Shown here: positions 10,581 to 21,715 of the stretch, piece after piece | Layout of the letters: the number at the start of each line of letters is the position of its first letter | How positions within the stretch are numbered: position 1 is the first letter of the stretch | Assembly (NCBI GenBank): GCA_963797555.1 | Contig: CAWCPV010000016.1 | Coordinates: 64,001-128,000 of the forward strand | Direction of reading: 5' to 3' | Origin: an uncultured Gammaproteobacteria bacterium | Lineage (GTDB): Bacteria > Pseudomonadota > Gammaproteobacteria > CAWCPV01 | DNA length: 64,000 bases | Made by a program: the position numbers and the translations under genes | The notes under the pieces: model-generated | Told to the model about the DNA's origin: nothing | Databases searched by the model: none | The model's input: only the letters and a program-made list of their open reading frames with translations

Positions 10581-13500
10581 ACCGCCTCAACCTCTCCGAA
10601 TGGGCGATCCGGCACCGTTCCGTGGTGACTTATTTCATGCTCGTCATCGTGGTCGGGGGCATCGGGTCCTACCTGCGGCTCGGGCGGAGCGAGGACCCGG
10701 ATTTCACCGTCAAGACCATGGTGGTGCAGGCCATATGGCCGGGCGCCACGGTCGGCGACACGCTCGAGCAGATCACGGACCGCATCGAGAGCAAGCTCCA
10801 GGAAACGCCGAACCTCGACTACCTGAAGAGCTACACGAGCGCGGGCCAGGCCACGATCTTCGTCAGCCTGAAGGACTCGACGCCCCCCGCCGAGGTGCCG
10901 GATATCTGGTACCAGGTGCGCAAGAAGGTGGGCGACATCCGCAACACCCTGCCGCAAGGAATCGTCGGCCCCGGCTTCAATGACGAGTTCGGCGATACCT
11001 ACGGCATCGTCTACGGCTTTACCGCGGACGGATTCACCTTCCGGGAGCTGAGGGACTACGTGGTCGAGGTCCGCAAGCAGCTCCTCCAACTGCCGGACAT
11101 CTCGAAGATCGACATCCTCGGCGCCCAGGACGAGCGCGTGTACGTCGAGTTCTCGACCGAGAAGCTGGCGGGCCTCGGCATCGACCGCGCCGCGCTGATC
11201 GCGGCGTTGCAGGCCCAGAACGCCGTCACCCCCGCGGGCGTGGTGCAGACCGGGGACGAGAAGATCCTCGTGCGTGTCTCCGGCGCGTTCCGGTCCGTGC
11301 AGGACATCCTGGCCGTCAACTTCGTCGCGAACGGCCGGATGATCCGCCTGGGCGACATCGCGCACGTGACGCGCGGCCCTGCCGACCCCGCGCAGCCGAT
11401 GTTCCGCGTCAACGGAAAGGAGGGCATCGGGCTCGCCATCGCGATGCGCAAGGGCGGCGACGTCCTGGCGCTCGGGCGCAACGTCGCGCAGGCCATGAGC
11501 GAAGATCACGGCGAACCTCCCGGTCGGAATCGAACCGACACTCGTCGCCGACCAGCCCGTCACCGTCGAGCATGCGGTGGACGACTTCATGGAGGCCCTC
11601 TGGGAGGCCATCGCCATCGTCCTTGCGGTCAGCTTGGTCAGCCTCGGTTTGCGTGCCGGCGCCGTGGTGGCCGTCTCGATCCCGCTCGTCCTCGCCGCGG
11701 TGTTCACGGCAATGATGGTGTTCGGAATCGGCTTTCAGCGAATCTCGCTGGGCGCCCTCATTATCGCCCTCGGTCTGCTGGTCGATGACGCCATGATCAC
11801 GATCGAGGCAATGGTCACGCGGCTGGAACGTGGCGACGAGAAGGAGCAAGCCGCCAGCTTCGCCTACAGCTCGACCGCCTTTCCGAGGCTCACCGGCACG
11901 CTGGTCACTATCGCGGGGTTCGTCCCCATCGGCTTCGCGCGCAGCGCCGCGGGCGAATACACTTTCTCGATTTTCGCCGTCGTCGCCATCGCGCTGATCG
12001 CATCCTGGATCGTCGCGGCCGTGTTTGCACCCCTGCTCGGCGTCTGGATCCTCAAGAAGCCCAAGGTGGTCCACTCGGGGGAGCCCGGCCCGATCATGCG
12101 CGTGTTCCGCCGCTTCCTGGTGCTGGCGATGCGGGCTCGCTGGGTCACGGTCCTCGTCACGCTGGGCCTGTTCGGGGCAGCGCTGTACGGCATGCGCCTG
12201 GTCCCGCAGCAGTTCTTCCCATCCTCCGACCGGCCCGAGCTGCTGGTGGACCTGCAGTTGCCCGAGAACGCGTCGATCTACGCGACGCAGGACGTCGCGG
12301 CCCGACTGGACAAGCTCCTGAAGGGCGATCAGGACGTGGACCATTGGAGCACGTATGTCGGGCAGGGCGCCGTGCGGTTCTATCTGCCCCTCAACGTCCA
12401 GCTCCCCAACGATTTCTTCGCCCAGGCCGTGGTCGTAACCAAAGGGTTGGAAGAGCGCGAGCGGGTGAAGGCGAAGCTGGAACGCGCGCTGGAGAACGAG
12501 TTCCCGAGCGTCGTCGGCCGGGTCTATCCGCTGGAGCTCGGCCCGCCGGTGGGATGGCCGCTCCAGTACCGGGTGACCGGACCGGAGCCGGACCAGGCGC
12601 GCGCGATCGCCTTCAAGGTCGCGGAGATCTTGGGGACCGACCCAGGCGCCCGCAACATCAACTACAACTGGATAGAGCCGGCGCGCACGGTGAGGATCCG
12701 GGTCGACCAGGACGAGGCCCGCCTCCTCGGTGTGAGTTCCCAGGACCTGGCCCAGTCCGTGAACGCGGCAATGTCCGGCGTCGTAGCCACCCAGATGCGG
12801 AGCGGCATCTATCTCGTCGACGTGCTGGTGCGTGCCTCCGCCGAGCAGCGCATGTCGCCGGGAACGATCCGAACGCTTCAGGTGCCGCTGCCGAATGGGC
12901 GGACCGTTCCCCTGAGCCAGATCGCCTCTTTCGATTATGGCCAGGAATACCCCATCGTCTGGCGCCGGGACCGGAGGGCGGCAGTGACGGTGCAGGCCGA
13001 CGTCGCGCCCGGCATGCAAGCCGCCACGGTGGTACAGGCGCTGGCGCCGAAGATCACGGCGCTGAATGCCAGCCTGCCGAGCGGGTACCATATCGCCGTT
13101 GGCGGAACATTGGAGGAGAGCACCAAGGCGCAGACGTCGGTCGCCATCGTCGTGCCGATGATGCTTGTCCTGACGCTCATGGTGCTGATGATCCAGCTCC
13201 AGAGCTTCAGCAGCCTGTCGCTGGTGCTCAGCGTGGCCCCTCTGGGTCTCATCGGGGTCGTCGCGGCCCTCCTCCTCTCGGGCAAGCCGCTCGGCTTCGT
13301 AGCGATCCTTGGCGTGCTTGCCTTGACGGGTATGATCGTCCGCAACTCGGTGATCCTCATCGACCAGGTGGAGAAGGAAAAGGCGCTGGGACTTGGCCCG
13401 TGGGATGCGGTCATCGAGGCCACCTCACACCGCTTCCGCCCGATCCTGCTCACCGCTTCTGCCGCAAGCCTAGGCATGATCCCGATCGCGCCGACCGTGT

Positions 13501-13667
13501 TCTGGGGTCCGATGGCCTACGCGATCATGGGCGGCCTCGCGGTCGCGACGGTTCTGACGCTTATCTTCCTGCCGGCGCTCTACGTGGCCTGGTTCCGTGT
13601 CAAACCGCCGCACCCGCGCGACGACCACAACGCGGCTCTTCAAGAAAGCGCCATGGAAAGCCGCTGA
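10577..13667 (+). CDS. RND efflux permease (AcrB/AcrD/AcrF family), frameshift ~11502
   Basis: NLSEWAI, LGRSEDPDF, GLLVDDA, FFPSSDRPE, RFRPILLT. Confidence 0.93.
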
Positions 13668-13907
13668 CCCGAGGTGGAGGAAAAGTTCCTCGGCACGATC
13701 GTCGAATTCACTCGAGGCGGCATCGCAGCGTTCAAAGCTCTCCACCATAGCGCCGAAGATTTTGCCCTGCGGCGGTCAGATGTCATTAGCGCGCTTTCGC
13801 AAGACCTTGGGAGGGAAGGCGTGAATCGCCGTTTGCAGCGCGGCAGGCCGTTAAGCGTCTCCGCGATAGACTCCATCAACAGGCTCGCGATGCCGCGAAC
13901 GCGGCGG

Positions 13908-14145
13908 CCTCGGTGTCCTTTTGACGAAGCTTGGCGGGCTTGTCCTTCCAGGCCTCGGGCGTCTCACCCCGCTTGAGGGCATCGTTCTCTTCCCGGCTGT
14001 TGCGCTGCTTGGGGGCCGAGACGATGCTCGCATCGATGATCTGTCCCTTGCGGGCGATGAACCCCCGGCGCTCGAGCTGCTGGTTGAAGGCCCGAAACAG
14101 CTCTTGCACGGCGTTCTCCTTCGCCAGCGCCTCACGAAACAGCCG
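13908..14145 (-). mobile_element. IS5-family transposase internal fragment
   Basis: LFREALAKENAVQELF..F..QL...G.IARKGQIIDASIVSAPKQRNSREEN...RQKDTEA; no start, end or IRs seen. Confidence 0.85.
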
Positions 14146-14239
14146 TCATGCGAGCGGGCTGCCTGCTCGCCATGGCCGGCATTACCTCGGCGCTGCTGAT
14201 CGGAACGTCCATTTTGATGTCTCTGAGGAAGAAGCCCGA

Positions 14240-15679
14240 ATGACCACCAGAGAACCGCTCGAAGACCCCGCCGGACGGGACGGCTCAGGAACGGCAGACA
14301 TGAAGACCAAGATTGTGATCGCTGGCGGAGGCTTCGCCGGCCTCTATGCCGCGATGTATCTCGACAAAACCGTCGCGCGCAGACGCGAAGCAGAGGTGGT
14401 GCTGATCAGCCGCGAGAATTTCATCGTGTTTACGCCGATGCTGCACGAAGTGGCGGCGGGAGATCTACAGCCGAGCGATATTGTGAATCCACTCCGGCGC
14501 ATTCTTCGTCACGTCAAGGTCGTCGAAGCCGAGGTCGACGCTATCGACCTCGGCGCGAGAAAGATTTCGTGCGTCGGGGGAATTCGCGATGTACGGCGTG
14601 AGTTCGAGTTCGACCATTTGCTCCTCACGCTCGGCTCCGAAACGAACTTTTTCGACATGGCGGGCGTGCGTGACTGGGCGGCAACCATGAAAACCATGAG
14701 CGACGCCGCGCTGCTCCACAATACGATGGTTGCACTCTTGGAGACGGCGGCGCTGCAAGCGGACGCCTCCGCTCGCCGACAGTTGCTGACGTTCGTCATT
14801 GGTGGCGGCGGCTTTGCCGGCGTGGAAACGACGGGCGCGGTGAACGATTTCATCCGTGAGACGGCGCGGTATTATCCGTCGATAGCCAAAACAGACATTC
14901 GCGTTGTCCTCATCCATCCCGAGAGCTTTCTGCTACCTGAATTGGGCGAGGAACTCGGCCTCTACGCAGAGCGGAAGCTGCGGGAGCGGAACGTCAACGT
15001 CGTGAAGCGTGTGCGCGTCGCAGGCTACGACGGCTCGATCGTCACGTTGTCCGACGGCACCTCCATCCCGGCGTCGACGCTCGTCTGGACGGCCGGTGTC
15101 AAACCCAGCGTGGTGATCGCATCATTGACATGCGAAAAAGAACGGGGCCGCCTCCGCGTCAACGAATACCTTGCTGTTCCCGGTGCCAGCGGGCTCTGGG
15201 CGGCTGGCGATTGCGCCGCAGTACCGGATGTCACAACGGGGAGTTTTTGCCCGCCGACAGCACAACACGGTTTGCGGCAAGGCCTGGCAGCTGCGAGAAA
15301 CATCGAGGCTGCGATTGCTGGTCATCCGCTCGAGCCGTTTCGGTACAGAGCGATCGGCCTCCTGGCCAGCATCGGGCGCCACACCGGCGTGGCCATGGTG
15401 TTCGGGGTCAAGTTTTCTGGATTCATCGCGTGGTGGTTGTGGCGGACTGTCTACCTGGCAAAGCTTCCCGGGCTTGCCAAGAAGCTCAGAGTGATGGTCG
15501 GCTGGACGCTGGATCTGTTTTTCGGAAGACAGATCGAGCAGATGATCACACTGCGCGACGTAGAACTGCTGAGCGATCGGCTCGCGCGACTTCAGAGTAA
15601 GGCGAGAACGGATGACGAAGCCCGACTCCTCGACCACGGCAATCGTACGTCCGAGGGTCCGAGATCCCATCTCGAGTGA
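14240..15679 (+). CDS. ndh: Type II NADH dehydrogenase-like FAD oxidoreductase
   Basis: Two Rossmann motifs (IVIAGGGFAG; VIGGGGFAGVE), FTPMLHEVA, WTAGV, AGDCA, PPTAQHG; alternative start 14300. Confidence 0.88.
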   Translation: MTTREPLEDPAGRDGSGTADMKTKIVIAGGGFAGLYAAMYLDKTVARRREAEVVLISRENFIVFTPMLHEVAAGDLQPSDIVNPLRRILRHVKVVEAEVDAIDLGARKISCVGGIRDVRREFEFDHLLLTLGSETNFFDMAGVRDWAATMKTMSDAALLHNTMVALLETAALQADASARRQLLTFVIGGGGFAGVETTGAVNDFIRETARYYPSIAKTDIRVVLIHPESFLLPELGEELGLYAERKLRERNVNVVKRVRVAGYDGSIVTLSDGTSIPASTLVWTAGVKPSVVIASLTCEKERGRLRVNEYLAVPGASGLWAAGDCAAVPDVTTGSFCPPTAQHGLRQGLAAARNIEAAIAGHPLEPFRYRAIGLLASIGRHTGVAMVFGVKFSGFIAWWLWRTVYLAKLPGLAKKLRVMVGWTLDLFFGRQIEQMITLRDVELLSDRLARLQSKARTDDEARLLDHGNRTSEGPRSHLE

Positions 15680-15753
15680 CGGGCGGCTGGCATCGCATCG
15701 CGGGGCCGTTAGGCCAGTAACGCTTGTTTTCTGAGCCCCTGCGACACGCTTCC

Positions 15754-16235
15754 GTCGACGTGCCGGAGGATCGGCTCGCGGCGTTCCAGACGGCGCGGTA
15801 CACCGCTTGGCTCACGAGCGCGCCCGACGAAAGGTTCGACGTGGTCCTGCACAAGCTCGCGTCGCAGGCGGCGGCCCAGACGCGGACCTACCGGGCGCGA
15901 CTGAAGCCCGTGACGCCGCGGCGCCTGCGGCTCGGGGCGACCGCCACGCTGGCCGCCCGGCGCGTCGCAGCCGAACAGCCGGTGGCGGCGATCCCGGCAA
16001 GCGCGATCACGCAGAGCAACGGGCAGCCGGCGGTGTGGGTCGTTCGGCGACCTGCCCACCGACGACAGTCCGGCTCTCGAGGCGCTTTTGCGCGACGGCG
16101 CGACATGGGTGAAAGGAGAAGGCGCCTTGGGCCAGGCTTCCCGATGAAATCGTTCAATCTCACCCAATGGGCACTCGGCCACCGCGCCCTGGTGCTGGCC
16201 CTGATCCTCGCGATCGCCGTGGGCGGCACGGTCAG
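15754..16235 (+). pseudogene. Remnants of a second RND MFP C-terminus (15754-~16050) and RND permease N-terminus (16144-16235)
   Basis: VDVPE...QTRTY...[15 protein letters not shown] parallels the MFP at 9510; [14 protein letters not shown] parallels MNRLNLSEWAIRHR. Confidence 0.8.
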
Positions 16236-16404
16236 CTACGCGTCCTACATCGCCTGCCAGGAGCAGGTCAGCGCCGCATGGCAGGACCCGCGGCATTGGA
16301 CGCGCATGTCCATCCTGAATAGCGCACGCTCGGGCAAGTTCTCCTCCGATCGGGCCATCCGCGAGTACTGCGATGGGATCTGGGGTGTCAAGCCGGTGCC
16401 CGCG
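16236..16404 (+). pseudogene. Diverged copy of the glgP 3' end
   Basis: Aligns without gaps to 8562-8730; [38 protein letters not shown]. Confidence 0.92.
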
Positions 16405-16481
16405 TCCGCGCAGGGTAAGCAAGTCGTCGCTGAAGGCCAGCGCGAGACAATAGAATATTGGGCGCCATTGGGTGAAGGTGC

Positions 16482-16657
16482 GCGGTCTTCGAGGCTTGGA
16501 CGGAATACTGGACCGATGCCTGGTAGCGCAGCGTGCTTTGCTCGGACGCGATGCGCAAGCGCGGCCAACCTGTTTCTCGAGCACCAAAAAAGGACAAGCC
16601 ACCGGTGCTGAGCTTCCCCTACGAGATGGTGGTGGACGGCCACACGCGGAATGCGCC
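16482..16657 (+). pseudogene. Decayed copy of the DUF3141 gene 5' region
   Basis: Aligns to ~18580-18755 with a TAG stop and indels. Confidence 0.88.
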
Positions 16658-16785
16658 TGCCACTTCCCCGCGCCTTGACGGCTGCGCACCCCGACACTAG
16701 ACTTCCCTTGGCGGGGAAGGGGGGAATTTCCTTATCCGCTATCTCATCTATCCCGCCATTTTCTTTCGGAGGAAAGAAGACGAGA

Positions 16786-17199
16786 ATGAAGATCAAGACA
16801 CCGATTTTGTTGGCCTCTTTCGTTGTGGCGTCCGTCATCCTCATGGGCGCTGCGGGCAGCGCCAAAGCTGCTGACGAGTGGTTCGTGCTCGGCCAGCAGA
16901 CGATCAAAGCCGTCGATCAAGGCGTGGAGATCAAGAGCGAAGCGGGTCGGCTGAAGAAGAAGGTCAAGCAGACGAAGCTGAGCGTCGAAGGCGCTGACGT
17001 GGAGCTGACGAAGGTCGTCCTTCACTGGGACAATCGCCCCGACGAGACGATCACGGATATCGGAACCCTGAAGGCAGGAGGACAGACGGCTCCGAAGGAT
17101 GCTCCTGGACGCAAGGCCCGGCTCACGTCGGTGACGGTCCAATACAAGATCGTTGGTGATGCGCCGACGGCCGTGCTCAAGGTCTGGGGTTACGACTGA
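16786..17199 (+). CDS. Secreted beta-rich protein, DUF2541/YaaI-like
   Basis: Signal peptide ending AKA, W..LG start of the mature part, terminal V.VWG; GGAGG RBS. Confidence 0.65.
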   Translation: MKIKTPILLASFVVASVILMGAAGSAKAADEWFVLGQQTIKAVDQGVEIKSEAGRLKKKVKQTKLSVEGADVELTKVVLHWDNRPDETITDIGTLKAGGQTAPKDAPGRKARLTSVTVQYKIVGDAPTAVLKVWGYD

Positions 17200-17278
17200 G
17201 CGGGTCGTGAACGCTGAGCGGAGCACCACGCGCATTGGAAGTTGTATCCTTGTCGCCAACCTTTGGAGGAATAACGTC

Positions 17279-17994
17279 ATGAATAGAAAACTCCTGGGCG
17301 TGGTCGTGGTCTCTTTATTACTCGCTGGCTGCGCGACCGGCACCCATTTCGGCGTACCGGATAGGGCCATGCGTGTGCCGCAGTGGGTTCTGGACGCCGA
17401 GGCCGCTATGGCCAGGGCGGAGGCGTCAGCCGGTGCTCGAGTCTGTCCCGACAAGATCGCGAAGGCCAAAGAGCTGGCCGCTAAGGCGATGGAGACCTAC
17501 TGGGCTTGCAGGGACCTTGCGGCGCAGCGCTTAATGCACGAGGCCCTACAGCTCGCGGCGGACGCCGAAGCCTGCTCGGCACCCTCGGCAACTGAACCCG
17601 CAACGTCGAATTGTCGGCTGACGCCCTGTTCGCCTTCAACAAGGCGGCGCTCACACCGCAAGGTGAAGCGGCCCTCGATAAGTTCCTGCAAGACCTGGGG
17701 GGTGCCTCGGTCAGTTCGATTCAAGTTATCGGTCACACTGACCCGATCGGCTCCGATGCATACAACATGCAACTCTCCGAACAGCGCGCCAATGCTGTCG
17801 CGCAGTATCTGGCAAGCCGGGGCGTGCCGGGCGATCGCATCCGCGCCGAAGGCCGCGGCGAGACTGAGCTCAAAGTCACGCCCGAGAACTGCGCCGCCCA
17901 AGGCGCGAAGACTCGTCCGGCACTCATCCAATGCTATCAGCCGAACCGGCGTGTCGATGTGACGGTCACCGCCGCAGCGCCAGCCGTAAGGTAA
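17279..17994 (+). CDS. OmpA-family lipoprotein, frameshift ~17600
   Basis: Lipobox LAGC; LSADALFAF, GHTDPIGSDAYNMQLSEQRANAV, PNRRV. Confidence 0.88.
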
Positions 17995-18050
17995 GGGTCT
18001 GGACTCTGGGGGCTGCCTCGCAAGGCAAGTCCTCTGTTTTGCAAAGACTA

Positions 18051-18082
18051 AGGAGCGGTCCTACCGGACCGCTCCTGTTTTT
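18051..18082 (+). terminator. Rho-independent terminator
   Basis: Perfect 11-bp stem aggagcggtcc/ggaccgctcct, 4-nt loop, then gttttt. Confidence 0.85.
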
Positions 18083-18450
18083 GGGGATGCCTTCCGACAC
18101 CGGCTGGCCGGTTTGTAACTGGTGAAACGAGCGGCCCTATGCGAATGTCAGTATTGCCACGGGCTCGGCGTCGGGGGCTCTACGTCATCGACATTGACCC
18201 ACGCCGCGCTGGGGGCAGCACACCCGAACGAGCATGAGGGAGTGAGTGGAGAGACATAAACGGCCGATGGTTGCTCGCAACACCCAGTCTCTCAGAGACA
18301 CAGCCGGGATGCTCCCCGCGAACCGCCAAACCTTCGGCTCCTCCTCCACGGTCGTCCTGGCTCTACCGACAAATTCTGCGGAGGAGCCATGAGGGCTTGG
18401 GTATTTCAAGGTCCGCTGTATTGTTGTTAAGGAGTTAAGGAGAACACTCG

Positions 18451-20733
18451 ATGAGCGCACAAGAGCCGAAGAGTGACAGTTTCGTGATGTCGGATCTGTG
18501 GGTCGGGCTCTGGAAGACGTGGTGGCAGAGCCTGAAACCCACCCCGCTCCCAGTAGCGCCGTGGCCGACCCCAGGGCAGGCGGCCTTCGAGGCTTGGTCG
18601 GAGTACTGGACCGATGCCTGGCAGCGCAGTGTGCTGTACTGGGACGTGATGCGCAAGCGCGGCAACCTGGCCGCCGAGCACCAGCAGAAGGGCAAGCCGC
18701 CGGTGCTGAGCTTCCCGTACGAGATGGTCGTGGACGGACACACGCTGGAGCGCCCGGTCAATTACTTCCTGCTCCGCATCGTCCCTCCCGAAGGGACTCC
18801 CGTGGACCCGCGCAAGCGGCCCTTCGTGGTCGTCGACCCGCGCGCCGGGCACGGGCCGGGGATCGGGGGCTTCAAAGTCGATAGCGAGATCGGCGTGGCG
18901 ATGCTCGCCGGGCACCCGTGCTACTTCGTGGGCTTCCGGCCGGAGCCCGAGCCCGGCCAGACGCTGGAGGACGTGGGACGTGCCGAGGCCGCATTCCTGC
19001 AAAAGGTGGCCGCGCTGCACCCGGAGGCCGAGGGCCGCCCTTGCGTCATCGGCAACTGCCAGGCGGGCTGGGCGGTGATGATGCTGAGTGCCGTGGCGCC
19101 CGAGCTGATGGGGCCGGTGCTTATCGCCGGTGCGCCGCTCTCCTACTGGGCGGGCTCGGGCACCCAGAACCCGATGCGCTATGCCGGTGGCCTTCTCGGG
19201 GGTACCTGGCTCGCGCTGCTGGCCAGCGATCTCGGCAAGGGTCGCTTCGACGGTGCGCATCTGGTCGCCAACTTCGAGAGCCTGAACCCGGCCAACACCT
19301 ACTGGACCAAGCAGTACAACGTCTACTCCAAGGTGGACACCGAGGAGCCGCGCTACCTCGAGTTCGAGCGCTGGTGGAGCGGTTTCTATCTCCTCAACGA
19401 GGAGGAGATCCGCTTCATCGTCGATAACCTGTTCGTCGGCAACAAGCTCGCGGCCGGCGACATCGTGACCTCGGCCGGGCGGCGCATCAATCTGCGCAAC
19501 ATCAAGAGCCCCATCGTGGTGTTCGCCTCTTGGGGCGACGACATCACGCCCCCGCAGCAGGCGCTCAACTGGATACTGGACTGCTATTCGAGCGACAAGG
19601 AGATTCTCTCCTACGAGCAGACCATCGTCTATGTCCTGCACCAGGACATCGGGCACCTCGGCATCTTCGTCTCCGGCAAGGTGGCGAAGCGCGAGCACGC
19701 CGAGATCGTGCGGGCGCTGGACGTCATCGAGACGCTGCCGCCGGGGCTCTACGAGATGGTCATCGAGGACAAGCAGCCCGGCGCCCCCTCCGCCGACCTC
19801 ATCCCCGGGCGCTATCTGGTCAGGTTCGAGCCCCGCAAGCTCGACGACATCCGGGGGCTGGAGGACACGCGCGAGGACGAGAAGCCGTTCGCAGCCGCTG
19901 CGCGCGTCTCCGAGATCATCGAGGGCATGTACCGCACCTTCGTGCGGCCCTGGGTGCAGCCGTGGGTCACCGATGAGACGGCCGACACCCTGCGCCAACT
20001 GCACCCCAACCGCCTGCAGTCCTCCCTGTTGTCGGACGAGAACCCCTGGATGCGTCCCTTGGAGGAGGTCGCCGAGTGGGTGCGGGCGAACCGCCGGCCG
20101 GTCTCGCCGGACAACCCGTTCCTGGCCATGGAGAAGGCCATGTCCAAGCAGATCGCGGACGGGCTCCAACGCTACGGAGAGACCCGCGATCGGGCGTCCG
20201 AGCTGATGTTCAACGCCATTTACAACTCCCCCTGGCTGCAGGCCGCCCTGGGACTGCGCTCGGCGAGCACTGATGCACCCGCAACGCGTTCCCGCGACGA
20301 GGCCCACGAGGCGCTGGTGGCGCAGAAGGTCGCCGCGCTGCGCGCCCGTATCGACCAGGGGGGCCTGCGCGAGGGTGTGATACGGATAGTCCTCTACGCG
20401 GGAGCCGAGGAGGGCTTCGCCGATACGCGCGGCTTCCGCATGGCCGAGCGCGTGCGCGACGAGCAGTTTGCGGCCGAGCTGCCCGCGCTGCCTCCTGCGG
20501 AGCGGCGGGAGCTCTTCAAGGAGCAGTTCTTCATGCTGCTGCTCGACGAGGAGGGTGCGCTGGCGGCACTGCCGAAGCTCCTGCCTAGCGAAGAGGAGCG
20601 GCGCAGCGCGCTGGAGGCGGCGCGACGCGTTCTCTCCGCGGTGGGCGAGCTGACTCCGGCCCGCAAGGCCAGGCTCAAGCGGGTGACGGAGATCCTGGGT
20701 GGGAAGGGCGTGGTGCTGAAGGTGGCCGGCTAG
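18451..20733 (+). CDS. DUF3141 alpha/beta-hydrolase (PHA synthase/depolymerase-like)
   Basis: DPRAGHGPGIGGFK, nucleophile elbow GNCQAG, SWGDDITPPQQ, GHLGIFVS. Confidence 0.9.
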   Translation: MSAQEPKSDSFVMSDLWVGLWKTWWQSLKPTPLPVAPWPTPGQAAFEAWSEYWTDAWQRSVLYWDVMRKRGNLAAEHQQKGKPPVLSFPYEMVVDGHTLERPVNYFLLRIVPPEGTPVDPRKRPFVVVDPRAGHGPGIGGFKVDSEIGVAMLAGHPCYFVGFRPEPEPGQTLEDVGRAEAAFLQKVAALHPEAEGRPCVIGNCQAGWAVMMLSAVAPELMGPVLIAGAPLSYWAGSGTQNPMRYAGGLLGGTWLALLASDLGKGRFDGAHLVANFESLNPANTYWTKQYNVYSKVDTEEPRYLEFERWWSGFYLLNEEEIRFIVDNLFVGNKLAAGDIVTSAGRRINLRNIKSPIVVFASWGDDITPPQQALNWILDCYSSDKEILSYEQTIVYVLHQDIGHLGIFVSGKVAKREHAEIVRALDVIETLPPGLYEMVIEDKQPGAPSADLIPGRYLVRFEPRKLDDIRGLEDTREDEKPFAAAARVSEIIEGMYRTFVRPWVQPWVTDETADTLRQLHPNRLQSSLLSDENPWMRPLEEVAEWVRANRRPVSPDNPFLAMEKAMSKQIADGLQRYGETRDRASELMFNAIYNSPWLQAALGLRSASTDAPATRSRDEAHEALVAQKVAALRARIDQGGLREGVIRIVLYAGAEEGFADTRGFRMAERVRDEQFAAELPALPPAERRELFKEQFFMLLLDEEGALAALPKLLPSEEERRSALEAARRVLSAVGELTPARKARLKRVTEILGGKGVVLKVAG

Positions 20734-20741
20734 GAGGCAGG

Positions 20742-21711
20742 ATGACGACATCGACGACTGAAGGCGGCCGGGCGACGGGCAGCGGTAAATACGAGCAGCT
20801 CATCGAGCGCACCAAGGCGATCCCCGCGATCCCGACGGCGGTGGCCCATCCCTGCGACGAGGTGTCGCTCGGGGCCGCCGTCGAGGGGGGGCGGATGGGG
20901 ATCATCACGCCCTTGCTGGTCGGACCCGAGCAAAAGATCCGAACGGTGGCGGAGAAATTCGGCCTCGATATCTCGCCCTACGAGCTCATCGACGCTCCGC
21001 ACAGCCACGGAGCCGCCGCCAAAGCGGTGGAGCTGGTGCGCCTCGGAGCGGGCCGAGCTGCTGATGAAGGGGAGCCTCCACACCGACGAGCTGCTGGGCG
21101 AGGTGGTGAAGCGCGATACGGGGCTCAGGACGGCTCGGCGCATCAGCCACGTCTTCATCATGGACGTGCCCACCTATCACAAGCCCCTCATGATCACGGA
21201 CGCGGCGGTCAACATCGCCCCCACCCTGGAGGAGAAGCGCGACATCCTGCAGAACGCCATCGACCTGGCCCACGCCCTGGGGCTCGCGCGGCCCAAGGTG
21301 GCGATCCTCTCCGCCGTCGAGACCGTGAATCCGAAGATTCCGACCACTGTCGAGGCGGCCGCCCTGTGCAAGATGGCGGAGCGCGGACAGATTACCGGCG
21401 CCATCCTGGACGGCCCGCTCGCCTTCGACAACGCCATCAGCGCCGAGGCCGCCCGCATCAAAGGGATCGAGTCGCCGGTGGCGGGCGATGCCGACATCCT
21501 GCTGGTGCCGGATCTCGAAGCGGGGAACATGCTGGCGAAGAACCTGATCTTCCTGTCGCGGGCGGATGCGGCAGGGATCGTGATGGGGGCTCGGGTGCCG
21601 ATCATCCTGACCAGCCGCGCGGACAACGAGCGCACGCGCCTCGCCTCGTGCGCCGTGGCTGCGCTCTATGCCATGGCGCGGCGCGCCCGCACCGACATGG
21701 AGGCGAGCTAG
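20742..21711 (+). CDS. pta: Phosphate acetyl/butyryltransferase, frameshift ~21048
   Basis: TAVAHPCD, LMKGSLHTD, ITDAAVNIAP, DGPLAFDNA, EAGNMLAK, LTSRAD. Confidence 0.9.
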
Positions 21712-21715
21712 GGCC

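Noticed and set aside
13674-13900. 100-aa ORF after the RND permease
   Set aside because: No recognisable family; runs into the IS5 stub; probably debris
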